Source: Patescibacteria group bacterium (GTDB taxonomy: Bacteria; Patescibacteriota; Microgenomatia; Levybacterales; UBA12049). Taken from it: a stretch of 64,000 nt of DNA. The notes below the pieces were generated by a model, which worked only from the letters and a program-made list of their open reading frames with translations, was not told the origin of the DNA and did not search any database. This document shows, piece by piece, positions 21,501 to 29,981 of the stretch. The DNA lies in NCBI GenBank assembly GCA_026004395.1, contig BPJB01000001.1, positions 15,543-79,542 of the forward strand, written 5' to 3'. Numbering within the stretch: the stretch's first letter is position 1; each line of letters opens with the position of its first letter. The translations under genes and the position numbers were made by a program.

Positions 21501-21537
21501 AAATCCTTCTTGGGAATTAAGAAGGATTTTTTATTTC
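21501..21537 (+). terminator. Intrinsic terminator (riboswitch expression platform)
   Basis: AAATCCTTCTT-GGGAATT-AAGAAGGATTT followed by a T-rich tract. Confidence 0.8.
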
Positions 21538-21585
21538 TCAACGAATTTGATTTGAATTTAATAATCTAAGACGATTTGAACTAAG

Positions 21586-21702
21586 ATGAAAAAGACATTG
21601 TATTTTGAACGCCCATCTACAACAAGAAGGATAATACTTACATTTTTAAGCGGTATTCTTTTTGCAGTAATTATTGTATTAATGATTATTTTTAGTAACT
21701 AA
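21586..21702 (+). CDS. Small membrane protein (38 aa) downstream of cobalamin riboswitch
   Basis: Manual translation MKKTLYFERPSTTRRIILTFLSGILFAVIIVLMIIFSN*; below the ORF-track cutoff. Confidence 0.5.
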   Translation: MKKTLYFERPSTTRRIILTFLSGILFAVIIVLMIIFSN

Positions 21703-21817
21703 AGTATATTTGAGTTGGCAATACAATGCCTATTAAAAGCAGTGTGAGATACTATTTTTATTTAAATTTAAGTTTCACAAATTTTTGAGTTAATAAAAGA
21801 AAAGGAGAATAGCAATA

Positions 21818-22360
21818 ATGCCTTTATATACAAGAACAGGTGATAAAGGAGAGACATCGCTTTTTGGCGGAAAACGCGTTCTAAAATCAGATGATCGCGT
21901 TCAAACCTATGGAACAATAGATGAGTTAAATAGCGTATTGGGAATTGTTCTTTCTCAACTTGCATCTCGTCACTCTGAAGAAAAAAAGATGTTAGAAAAA
22001 ATTCAAAAAGATTTATTTGTTATAGGAGCATATCTTGCTAATCCTTTAGCAGAGCCTCTAACTCAGTTAGAGAAGCGGGTTAAAGAATTTGAGAAGATAA
22101 TCGATCAGCAAACAGAACAAATACCTCTACTTCGCAACTTTATTCTTCCTGGCGGTGGGAAAGCAGGAGCAACTCTTCATTATGCTCGTACAGTCTGTCG
22201 CAGAGCTGAGAGAAAGCTAGTTGCTCTTATGCAGAAAGAAGATTTGGATAGTTCTTTACTGAAGTATCTTAATCGGCTTTCAGATTTGTTGTATAGTACA
22301 GCACGTCTTATCAATCATAAAGAAAAAAAGAAAGAGACTATTTGGACAAATATCGGGTGA
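21818..22360 (+). CDS. pduO: ATP:cob(I)alamin adenosyltransferase, PduO type
   Basis: YTRTGDKGETSL, YGTIDELNS, FILPGG, ARTVCRRAER, YLNRLSD; RBS AAGGAG. Confidence 0.96.
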   Translation: MPLYTRTGDKGETSLFGGKRVLKSDDRVQTYGTIDELNSVLGIVLSQLASRHSEEKKMLEKIQKDLFVIGAYLANPLAEPLTQLEKRVKEFEKIIDQQTEQIPLLRNFILPGGGKAGATLHYARTVCRRAERKLVALMQKEDLDSSLLKYLNRLSDLLYSTARLINHKEKKKETIWTNIG

Positions 22361-22478
22361 AGCATGTGTGATTCATGCGCTGTGCCGCAACTGTGATTTG
22401 GCTAAGAAAGGTTAGTTTATTGCCAACTACTCTTAGTCCAAAAAGCCAGATCCCCGTCATAAATCTTCCGAGCAGAAG
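22354..22478 (+). promoter_or_regulatory. Cobalamin riboswitch overlapping the pduO stop codon
   Basis: CGGGTGAA, GCATG-TGTGATT-CATGC, CTGTGCCGCAACTGTGA, P6 stem TTTGGCTAAGA...TCTTAGTCCAAA, AAGCCAGATCCCCG (B12 box), hairpin CTTC-CGAGCA-GAAG. Confidence 0.85.
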
Positions 22479-22487
22479 TACATATGT

Positions 22488-22514
22488 GCTCCTGACGGAA
22501 AAGGAGTTTTTTTT
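22488..22514 (+). terminator. Terminator / SD-sequestering hairpin of second riboswitch
   Basis: GCTCCT-GACGGAAA-AGGAGT followed by T tract; the 3' arm contains the AAGGAG RBS of the ORF at 22515; TGACGG can alternatively pair with CCGTCA (22454-22459). Confidence 0.75.
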
Positions 22515-23927
22515 ATGGAAAGGGAAGCTACTAGATCAATTGTTGAGGGCAATAAAAATTTATATCAACCTCTTTTTTCCACAGAGATTAGTGGTTCCTT
22601 TAATAAAGGTAAAGATGTGATTAACGATCGAGATAGTATACTAACTCAATCTTGCGGTGAGACAGTAATTATCTATGATCAAGCAACTAACAACACTCTC
22701 AAACAATATGATGCTGATTTTGATACATGGGCATATCAAGAGATCCTGAAAATGCGTTTCTCTGATCCTCAGGAATACACTAGAAGAAAAGAACAACTTA
22801 ATGCCTACATAGATAAAAATCTTATAACAAGCATTGGTGAACGTTTGCAGGTGCTCTTAAGTAAAAGAACAGATAGAATTATTGATGGCAAAATATATCC
22901 TGCAGACTCTGATGAATCCATGAGAGAGATTATCTTAAGGGGAATCGAATGGTGTAAAAAAAATGGTTCTACACCACATGATCAGTTAAGAGAAGAAGCA
23001 GAGCTTAGAGGATTTGAGAAGATAGAAAGAGGATTAACTAATCCTAACACACAAATAGGAACAACTTATTTATTTTTTTCTCTTCCCGGAGGAGAAGGAT
23101 CTCAGTATCAAAAAAACTTTTATGATATCTTCACCCTAGAAGAGGAGAATGGGCAGCGGGTTGTTAAATATAGAAGATATAGCTCTAATCTTACTCAAAA
23201 GGACGCTTTGGAAAGGCTTAGACAAATGGGAGGAAGAGGCGAAATTCCAGAAAATCCTACAGATATTGATTTATTAGCCAATCCGATTAGATTTGATCCA
23301 GAACATCAATTTAGTAATCCTGACGCAATTCATCAATTTTTACATGTTGATCATCATGCCTTATCAGAAAAAGAGTTTGAGGAAATTGTAGAGATGTTTT
23401 CTCCCTACAGACAAAAATATATTGAACTTTTATCCAATGATCCCCTTAATATTAGAATGCGCAATCTTTTGCTTAATGCGATGATCAATGTTGCTGATGA
23501 TGCAGAACAACGAATTAGAAAGAGAAAACAGCGTAAGGAAAACAATATTTATCCGCCGCTTTATTATACTGCATCGGAGCGTGAGATTATGTTCTTTGGT
23601 ACAAGACCGGTAATTAATAGAGATACAGGTTGCAGATTATCTTCTGGATTTTTAATAGGGTCCTATGACATTATCAGTGGACCAATGGGTGTATACAGTG
23701 TTTATGATATTGGTTTTGCTCTTCAAAGTTTACGTCCAGAAGATGATCCTAATTTGTGCCGTTGCGGTGGATCGTCGCCGCATTTTCATTGCCCTGGTCG
23801 TAAAACAATCATAGAAGAGGATAAAAATGGTAAAAAGAGAACAAAACAAATTGATTGTAAAAATAAAATTATTGTAGGATTGGGAATTGTTCGCTGCCCT
23901 GAGTGTGGGGAAGGAAAGAAATGCTAA
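22515..23927 (+). CDS. Hypothetical protein with C-terminal Cys/His zinc-binding cluster
   Basis: ORF of 470 aa; CRCGGSSPHFHCPG...DCKN...CPECGEGKKC. Confidence 0.8.
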   Translation: MEREATRSIVEGNKNLYQPLFSTEISGSFNKGKDVINDRDSILTQSCGETVIIYDQATNNTLKQYDADFDTWAYQEILKMRFSDPQEYTRRKEQLNAYIDKNLITSIGERLQVLLSKRTDRIIDGKIYPADSDESMREIILRGIEWCKKNGSTPHDQLREEAELRGFEKIERGLTNPNTQIGTTYLFFSLPGGEGSQYQKNFYDIFTLEEENGQRVVKYRRYSSNLTQKDALERLRQMGGRGEIPENPTDIDLLANPIRFDPEHQFSNPDAIHQFLHVDHHALSEKEFEEIVEMFSPYRQKYIELLSNDPLNIRMRNLLLNAMINVADDAEQRIRKRKQRKENNIYPPLYYTASEREIMFFGTRPVINRDTGCRLSSGFLIGSYDIISGPMGVYSVYDIGFALQSLRPEDDPNLCRCGGSSPHFHCPGRKTIIEEDKNGKKRTKQIDCKNKIIVGLGIVRCPECGEGKKC

Positions 23928-24100
23928 ATTTAATTATGAAAAATGTTTTAAGTAGTATAAAGGAAAGAACTGGCATTTTAATTAAATACTAAAATTAACT
24001 GAAAATATTGCCTCAAGTATGTAAATTTTTGCCATAGGAAAAATAAATTAAATGTATAATTTTGTTGTTTAACAAGTCCTTGCGTGGTAAGATATAAGAT

Positions 24101-24607
24101 ATGTCAGATGATCAAACACTACACAAAAATCAACCAAATAGCCAAGCTGATTCAGATCAAATCAACTACTCAAAGAATCAGGAAGGTAATCCTTCTTCGT
24201 CTTTAGCGCAGAATTCATCAGTGCAGAATTTAATAAGCGGTCCCCAAAAAGAACATGCGCCCTTAGAAGCGCCTGTTGTAGATTATATCAAGCCTACAGA
24301 GGTAGAACCTGTTCTTCATCCGGAAGTAAAAGAAGTAGGAGTCGAGATTTCACATGATCAAGAAAAACCAAAGCTTACAGAAGAACATCAACGCTTAGGT
24401 ATAGAATACGCAAAGGAATCAGTTCCTGTTTCTTTATCCAAAACCTCTGGTACTAATCTTCCTTATAATCCAGAACAAATAGCAATGCTTAAAAAAACTA
24501 CCCATAAAGACGATTCTAAACACTGGCTGGTAATTTTAACAGAGTATTTACTGAAAAAATTATCTTTTAATTCCAATCAAATGCGCAATCAGGAAAGGAG
24601 GGAGTGA
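24101..24607 (+). CDS. Hypothetical protein
   Basis: ORF of 168 aa, low-complexity N-terminus, DSKHWL near C-terminus. Confidence 0.7.
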   Translation: MSDDQTLHKNQPNSQADSDQINYSKNQEGNPSSSLAQNSSVQNLISGPQKEHAPLEAPVVDYIKPTEVEPVLHPEVKEVGVEISHDQEKPKLTEEHQRLGIEYAKESVPVSLSKTSGTNLPYNPEQIAMLKKTTHKDDSKHWLVILTEYLLKKLSFNSNQMRNQERRE

Positions 24608-24613
24608 TCATCA

Positions 24614-26971
24614 ATGTCAGCTGAGGGCTTAATATATCTTTTTTTTGGTATAGCTATTGGCTTTGCGTTATTAGGATTTTTGATTTTAGGATTAGGTTAT
24701 ATTTTTATCTTGTGGATGCGTAATAAAGGCCGTGAGAGTGAGTCTTTGAACTCGGTTTTACTTCAAGTATCTGTTCCGCGTGATAACGAGATTAAAATAG
24801 ATGCAGCAGAACAACTTTTTTCAAGTCTTGCATCACTGAGAAAAGGAGGCAGATTATCTTTCCTTAAACCTCAACCCCATCTTTCATTCGAGATCGTGGG
24901 AATGCCGGGTGATATTCGTTTTTATGTGCACGTTCCCAAGAAATACCAAGATTTTGTGGAAAAACAGATTAATGGAGCATATCCTGATGCTGAAATTGTT
25001 GAAGTGAGTGATCCTGCGGCTCGATCAAAAGAAGGAACTGTTATTGGAGGAGAATACAATATCTTTTCCGAAACAGGCAAAGTAGCTTTTGCATCTCTCA
25101 CATTAAAAGGAGATGATTATAAGCCTATCAAAGTCTTTAAAGATATGCCAGTTGACCCTCTTGCATCTCTGACTTCAATTCTTGCCAAAATGGGAGAAGG
25201 TGAAGGAGCAGCCATTCAATTTCTTATTCAACCAGCTGATTCCAAATGGAAAGAAAGCGGCAAAGAGTATCTTGCCAAAACGAAAAAAAACGAAGCCAAT
25301 CCTGAAACAGCCAAGTATAATGCAGATGCAAAAGAGTTGGAGGCAATAGAAAATAAACTTGGCAAGCCTGGATTTCATACAGTAGTTCGAGTAGTTGTTT
25401 CATCATCAACAAAAGAAGCTGCAGAGGCACATCTATCAAATATAATTAATGCCTTTAGTCAATATGCGGGGGTTAATTCATTTACTAAGAATAAACATTA
25501 CTTTAAAGGATTATTTGTTACAGATTTTATATATCGTTACTTTCCTATGCGGGGACAAACAGCTATTCTCAATAGTGAAGAATTGGCAACTCTTTTTCAT
25601 TTTCCCAATAAGAGTGTAACAACTCCTGGTATACATTGGGTTATCTCCAAGCGTGCTCCAGCTCCTGCAAATATTCCCACTGAGGGACTACATCTTGGTA
25701 AAAGCGTTTTTAGGGGGATTGTACGACCTGTTTTTATTGGTAGAGAGGATAGAAGACGCCATATGTATATTATTGGAAAAACAGGTACAGGTAAAACAGA
25801 GTTTCTCAAGCACATGATTATGCAGGATATTCGAGGTGGTGAAGGAGTTGCGGTTATAGATCCTCATGGAGACCTGATTGAGGATATTCTACAGCTTATG
25901 CCTCCAGAGAGAGCAGAGGATGTAATTCTTTTTGATCCATCGGATGTAGAACAACCTCTTGGATTCAATATGTTAGAGGCACAGACTGAGCAGCAGAAAC
26001 ATTTGGTGACGACTTCAGTCATTGGTCTGATGTATAAATTGTTTGATCCTAATAAGACAGGAATTATTGGTCCTCGCTTTGAGCATGCTGTTCGTAATGC
26101 TATGTTAACTGTGATGTATCAGCCGGGAGCAACTTTTATAGAGGTAGTGCGTGCGCTTACAGACCCATCATTTGTTCAGGAGCTTTTACCCCGAGTGGAG
26201 GATCCTGTCATCAGACGTTACTGGACAGATCAAATTGCCCAAACAAGCGATTTTCATAAATCAGAAGTACTTGACTATATTGTCTCCAAATTTGGTCGCT
26301 TCGTGACAAATAAGATGATTCGCAATATTATCGGTCAATCAGAGAGTGCGTTTAATTTTAGGGAAGCGATGGATACGCAAAAAATTCTTCTTATCAATCT
26401 TTCCAAAGGAAAGATAGGAGAGGAGAACTCAAGTTTCCTGGGTCTTGTGTTAGTGCCAAAAATCTTAGTTGCTGCTATGTCTAGACAAGATATGCCAATG
26501 GAAGATAGGCGAGATTTTTTCCTTTATGTTGATGAGTTTCAGAATTTCGCAACACCTGATTTTGCCCAAATTCTATCAGAGGCTAGAAAGTATCGCTTAA
26601 ATCTTATCGTTGCCAATCAATTTGTTGGACAAATGGAAGAGGAGGTAAAGAATGCTATTTTTGGTAATGTTGGTACATTATGTGCTTTTCGTGTAGGCGT
26701 CACTGATGCCAATTATCTTCAGCATGAGTTCCAGCCAACCTTCACAGAGGCTGATCTGATTAATATTGATAGGTTTAACTGTTATGTAAGAACAATTGTT
26801 GATGGTGAGCCTGTACCACCATTCTCTCTTGACACAACTAAAGATATTGCTGCTGAGAAGGCACTGCGTGATCCACGTGTTGCTGAGCTAGTGAAAGAAC
26901 TCTCTCGTCTCAAATATGGTAGGAACGTCAAGGTTGTAGAAGCAGAAATTACTCAGCGTGCCAAACTATAG
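24614..26971 (+). CDS. Membrane-anchored VirB4/TraG/HerA-like P-loop ATPase (type IV secretion DNA-binding domain)
   Basis: DRRRHMYIIGKTGTGKT, IDPHGDL, LYVDEFQNF, SEARKYRL, AIFGNVGT. Confidence 0.88.
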   Translation: MSAEGLIYLFFGIAIGFALLGFLILGLGYIFILWMRNKGRESESLNSVLLQVSVPRDNEIKIDAAEQLFSSLASLRKGGRLSFLKPQPHLSFEIVGMPGDIRFYVHVPKKYQDFVEKQINGAYPDAEIVEVSDPAARSKEGTVIGGEYNIFSETGKVAFASLTLKGDDYKPIKVFKDMPVDPLASLTSILAKMGEGEGAAIQFLIQPADSKWKESGKEYLAKTKKNEANPETAKYNADAKELEAIENKLGKPGFHTVVRVVVSSSTKEAAEAHLSNIINAFSQYAGVNSFTKNKHYFKGLFVTDFIYRYFPMRGQTAILNSEELATLFHFPNKSVTTPGIHWVISKRAPAPANIPTEGLHLGKSVFRGIVRPVFIGREDRRRHMYIIGKTGTGKTEFLKHMIMQDIRGGEGVAVIDPHGDLIEDILQLMPPERAEDVILFDPSDVEQPLGFNMLEAQTEQQKHLVTTSVIGLMYKLFDPNKTGIIGPRFEHAVRNAMLTVMYQPGATFIEVVRALTDPSFVQELLPRVEDPVIRRYWTDQIAQTSDFHKSEVLDYIVSKFGRFVTNKMIRNIIGQSESAFNFREAMDTQKILLINLSKGKIGEENSSFLGLVLVPKILVAAMSRQDMPMEDRRDFFLYVDEFQNFATPDFAQILSEARKYRLNLIVANQFVGQMEEEVKNAIFGNVGTLCAFRVGVTDANYLQHEFQPTFTEADLINIDRFNCYVRTIVDGEPVPPFSLDTTKDIAAEKALRDPRVAELVKELSRLKYGRNVKVVEAEITQRAKL

Positions 26972-27043
26972 TGGGCCTGGATGGGATCGAACCATCGACT
27001 TCCATTTTATAAGAATGGCACTCTACCGCTGAGTTACAGGCCC
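26972..27043 (-). tRNA. tRNA-Ile (anticodon UAU)
   Basis: GGGCCTG acceptor, anticodon arm CCATT-CTTATAA-AATGG, GGTTCGATCC T arm; no encoded CCA. Confidence 0.9.
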
Positions 27044-27475
27044 TACCTAATTCTGTGACAATAAGTATAATTTATCTTAAACTGCGATACAAGTCTGTCG
27101 TAATATGAATTGACATTTTAATTTTTCTTAGTTGTATTTCACCTAAGTCACATCTTGCGTTTTTTTCTTTTACAATTTTTATCTTTTTTTTAAGAAGCTA
27201 AAGTATTCTGCTTTTGAGAATAATTTCTCAGCTAATAAAGAGTATCTTAGCTAAGTTGAGTTACAGCCAAATCTTACTCTATACATTTGATTTTTTTTGT
27301 TTAAGTATAACAGCCCTAATACCTGATTTAATTTAGGTGGACAAACTAAAAAGGATTAATATTTTTCAGACTATTTTTAAAGTAAGAAATGGAAGATTTT
27401 CAGCAGGTATTAAAAGACATGATTTGTTCACTTCCAAAGTTGCTCAAAAGATGTGGGAAGTACATTTTGAGAGGT

Positions 27476-28336
27476 TTAGAGCTCACTCAATTGTGCTGTT
27501 TCTTTTCCGCGTTCTTTTACATACTCAAGGTAGCGTTCAGTGGTTGAGATTCTTTTATGTCCTAAAATTTTGGCTAGGAGGACGAGTGAGACTCCATGTT
27601 TGATATGATGTGCAACAAATGTGTGACGCAGATCATTGACTTTGGCATTCTCAATCTCAGCAATTCTAAAGTAACGTTCAATAGCTGTGCGAATATTGCG
27701 GACTAAGAAAGGTTTGCCGGATTTTGTAATAAATATGTGGTCATCCTTAACTTGAGGTCTGACTTTAAGATAGTTGTTAAGTGCTTCTTTGGCTGGACGA
27801 TTAAGAGGGACTAGTCTTTCCTCATGTTTTTCATAGGGACGAATCCTTAGATTATCTCCTTGGATGTCAGATAGTCTAAGTTCTGCGAGCTCTCCAATAC
27901 GAATACCTGTTTGCAGCAAAAGCTCAATAATAGCAAACATACGCGCATCGTTGCGCGCTGCATCTCGAAGAGCGCGGTATTCAGTAGGTTTGAGAATACG
28001 AGGTGGAGCAAGTTCATATCGTGGATGTTCAACCAGAAGCGATGGATCATCAGTAATATACTCATTTACTTTAAGAAACCTATAAAACGTGCGGGTAGAG
28101 TTGAGTTTTCGAGATAAGGATTTGGGAGTATATCCTTTTTCTGACATTTTGGCTAAAAAGGCTTGAATATCTTCGCTGGTTACTTCATGTACATGATGTT
28201 TTTGGAGTTCTTCTAGAAATGAAGCTAACTGCTCAATATCTTTTCCATATGCTAAAATAGTAGCATTGGAGTGTTTTTTGCTTTTAAGAAATTCGATAAA
28301 TTGTTTATGAGCATCACGAATTTTAGTACTCTGCAT
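27476..28336 (-). CDS. Tyrosine recombinase, XerC/XerD family
   Basis: SAM-like N-domain (SNATILAY..D, SLSRKLNS.R.FY.FL), TGIRIGE, NDLRHTF, LGH, TTERY. Confidence 0.9.
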   Translation of the reverse strand: MQSTKIRDAHKQFIEFLKSKKHSNATILAYGKDIEQLASFLEELQKHHVHEVTSEDIQAFLAKMSEKGYTPKSLSRKLNSTRTFYRFLKVNEYITDDPSLLVEHPRYELAPPRILKPTEYRALRDAARNDARMFAIIELLLQTGIRIGELAELRLSDIQGDNLRIRPYEKHEERLVPLNRPAKEALNNYLKVRPQVKDDHIFITKSGKPFLVRNIRTAIERYFRIAEIENAKVNDLRHTFVAHHIKHGVSLVLLAKILGHKRISTTERYLEYVKERGKETAQLSEL

Positions 28337-28401
28337 AGAAAAAGATTATCCCATAATATCAACTAATTTGCAACTAGTCAAGTAAAAAAAACTGCTCAAA
28401 G

Positions 28402-28749
28402 ATGAAAAAAATTTTTTATATTCTGATCATTATTATCTCAATTTATATCATCAATAATTTGATTAGATCTATTTATAATCTTTGGCAAAAACAAGATCTT
28501 GTTACACAGGCAAGAGAAGAACTTCAGAAAGAAAAAAATAAAAATGCCAAGTTGAATGATCAACTTCTACAGGTAAAACGTCCTGAGTTTATTGAAGAGG
28601 AAGCTCGTAATAAACTTTTTATGGTCAAAAAAGGAGAAAGCATTGTCCTTATTCCCGAGAATGTCTTTAATCACAAAACAATTTCAGAAAAGATGAAAGA
28701 GAAAAAATCTCATTGGCAGGAATGGCTTGAATTTTTCTTGATTCAATAA
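28402..28749 (+). CDS. Septum formation initiator (FtsB/DivIC family)
   Basis: TM helix, coiled coil, EFIEEEARNKLFMVKKGE. Confidence 0.85.
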   Translation: MKKIFYILIIIISIYIINNLIRSIYNLWQKQDLVTQAREELQKEKNKNAKLNDQLLQVKRPEFIEEEARNKLFMVKKGESIVLIPENVFNHKTISEKMKEKKSHWQEWLEFFLIQ

Positions 28750-28779
28750 AAACAGCTCAAAAATCTTGAGCTGTTTTTT
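28748..28779. terminator. Bidirectional intrinsic terminator
   Basis: AAAAACAGCTCAA-AAATC-TTGAGCTGTTTTTT between convergent ftsB and tRNA. Confidence 0.85.
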
Positions 28780-28784
28780 ATGTG

Positions 28785-28852
28785 TTGCGGGGCTGGTATC
28801 GAAACCAGACTATGAGATTATGAGCCTCATGTGCGCCTTACACTACCCCGCG
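28785..28852 (-). tRNA. Initiator tRNA-fMet (CAU), atypically short
   Basis: CGCGGGG...CCCCGCA with C1:A72 mismatch; anticodon arm TGAGG-CTCATAA-TCTCA. Confidence 0.8.
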
Positions 28853-28995
28853 CGTCGTATTGAATGATTAATAGAAGTTGTTATAATTTCATCAAAACTA
28901 TTTTGTCTAATGCTTCTAGTAAGTTTGAGGTAGTTAGCGTTCCAATTATAACATTTGATTCCTATCGGGTCAAATTGATATACTTGCATATACTT

Positions 28996-29069
28996 GCCAG
29001 GGTAGCTCAGTCGGTTAGAGCACAGCATTCATAACGCTGCGGTCGTGGGTTCAAATCCCACCCCTGGTA
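28996..29069 (+). tRNA. tRNA-Met (CAU), elongator
   Basis: GCCAGGG...CCCTGGT, CAGCA-TTCATAA-CGCTG, GGTTCAAATCC. Confidence 0.9.
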
Positions 29070-29409
29070 CTTCAGTTATATGATTTATCAAGTAGGAGAT
29101 TATTGCTTTGCAATGTTATTTAGCAAGTAGTTAGACCACTAAACCTCAGAGATTTTTATATCTATTTACAGACTTCCTTGAATTCAGAGAATATTTTTTA
29201 TCTTCAAACAGAGTAGAGTATCTACTAACACAAGTGATTAAGTCATCAATGTAGTGGGGGTGAGAAAAAGATTGTTTTAGCTTCTAGTAGTGTATTTCTT
29301 ATTGGGTGAAAAATATGCAGGTATACAGGTATACTTGGAGATTTAAATTTGAATTTTAATATCTTTAGGTTGCACCGTCTCTTTCTGAGATTTCTTTGGA
29401 GATATTTGA

Positions 29410-29877
29410 TCAATTCTTGGTAATATAAAAGTTCCCATAGTATGTTTTGTAACCTCCTTCCCAGAGCATGCGGATAATCTCAACAGCTTCTATCAGCATA
29501 TCTTGGCGGTCATTGATTGGCGGCCATCCCATTCCTACCACATGTTCGTTAAGGTTCTCACCTGTGCCTAATCCTAAAAAGAACCTTCCTTCCAAAAGTG
29601 AGGCAGATGTTGCTGCCGCCTGCGCAATGATAACAGGATGAATTCTCAAAATGGGACAAGTGACTCCTGTTCCCAGTCGGAGATTACTTGTTTTTTGTGA
29701 AATACCCCCTAAAACACTCCAGACAAAAGGTGATTGCCCTTGTTGTTCTATCCAAGGATGGAAATGGTCAGAAATGAGCGCAAAAGTAAAGCCGCTTTTT
29801 TCAGCTTGGGTTGCGTAGTCAATAAGTTGTTTGGGGTTATGTTCCTCTGATGAAAGTGCGTATCCAAGATTAATCAT
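29410..29877 (-). pseudogene. Truncated LLM-class (F420-dependent G6PDH-like) oxidoreductase
   Basis: LSSEEH, ISDHFHPW, GTGVTCP, AQAAAT, GLGTGENLNEH; stops after about 155 aa, roughly half the usual length. Confidence 0.8.
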
Positions 29878-29981
29878 ACATAAACTGTAGTGGTTGATTT
29901 CAAAGAAAGGATGAGATATTTGGTAGGAATCTGTAAGAAGAAAGAGGAGTTTTTTGGTACAATACATTTACTTTACAATCT

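Noticed and set aside
21344-21569. Short ORFs 21378-21569 and 21344-21541 (likewise 22375-22620)
   Set aside because: They overlap the riboswitches and have no protein-like features
27295-27335. Possible dif site downstream of the Xer gene
   Set aside because: Only weak similarity to one arm; not distinguishable from AT-rich background
26972-28336. Tyrosine recombinase beside tRNA-Ile as a prophage or island integrase
   Set aside because: Xer-sized, flanked by core genes, and no duplicated tRNA end found
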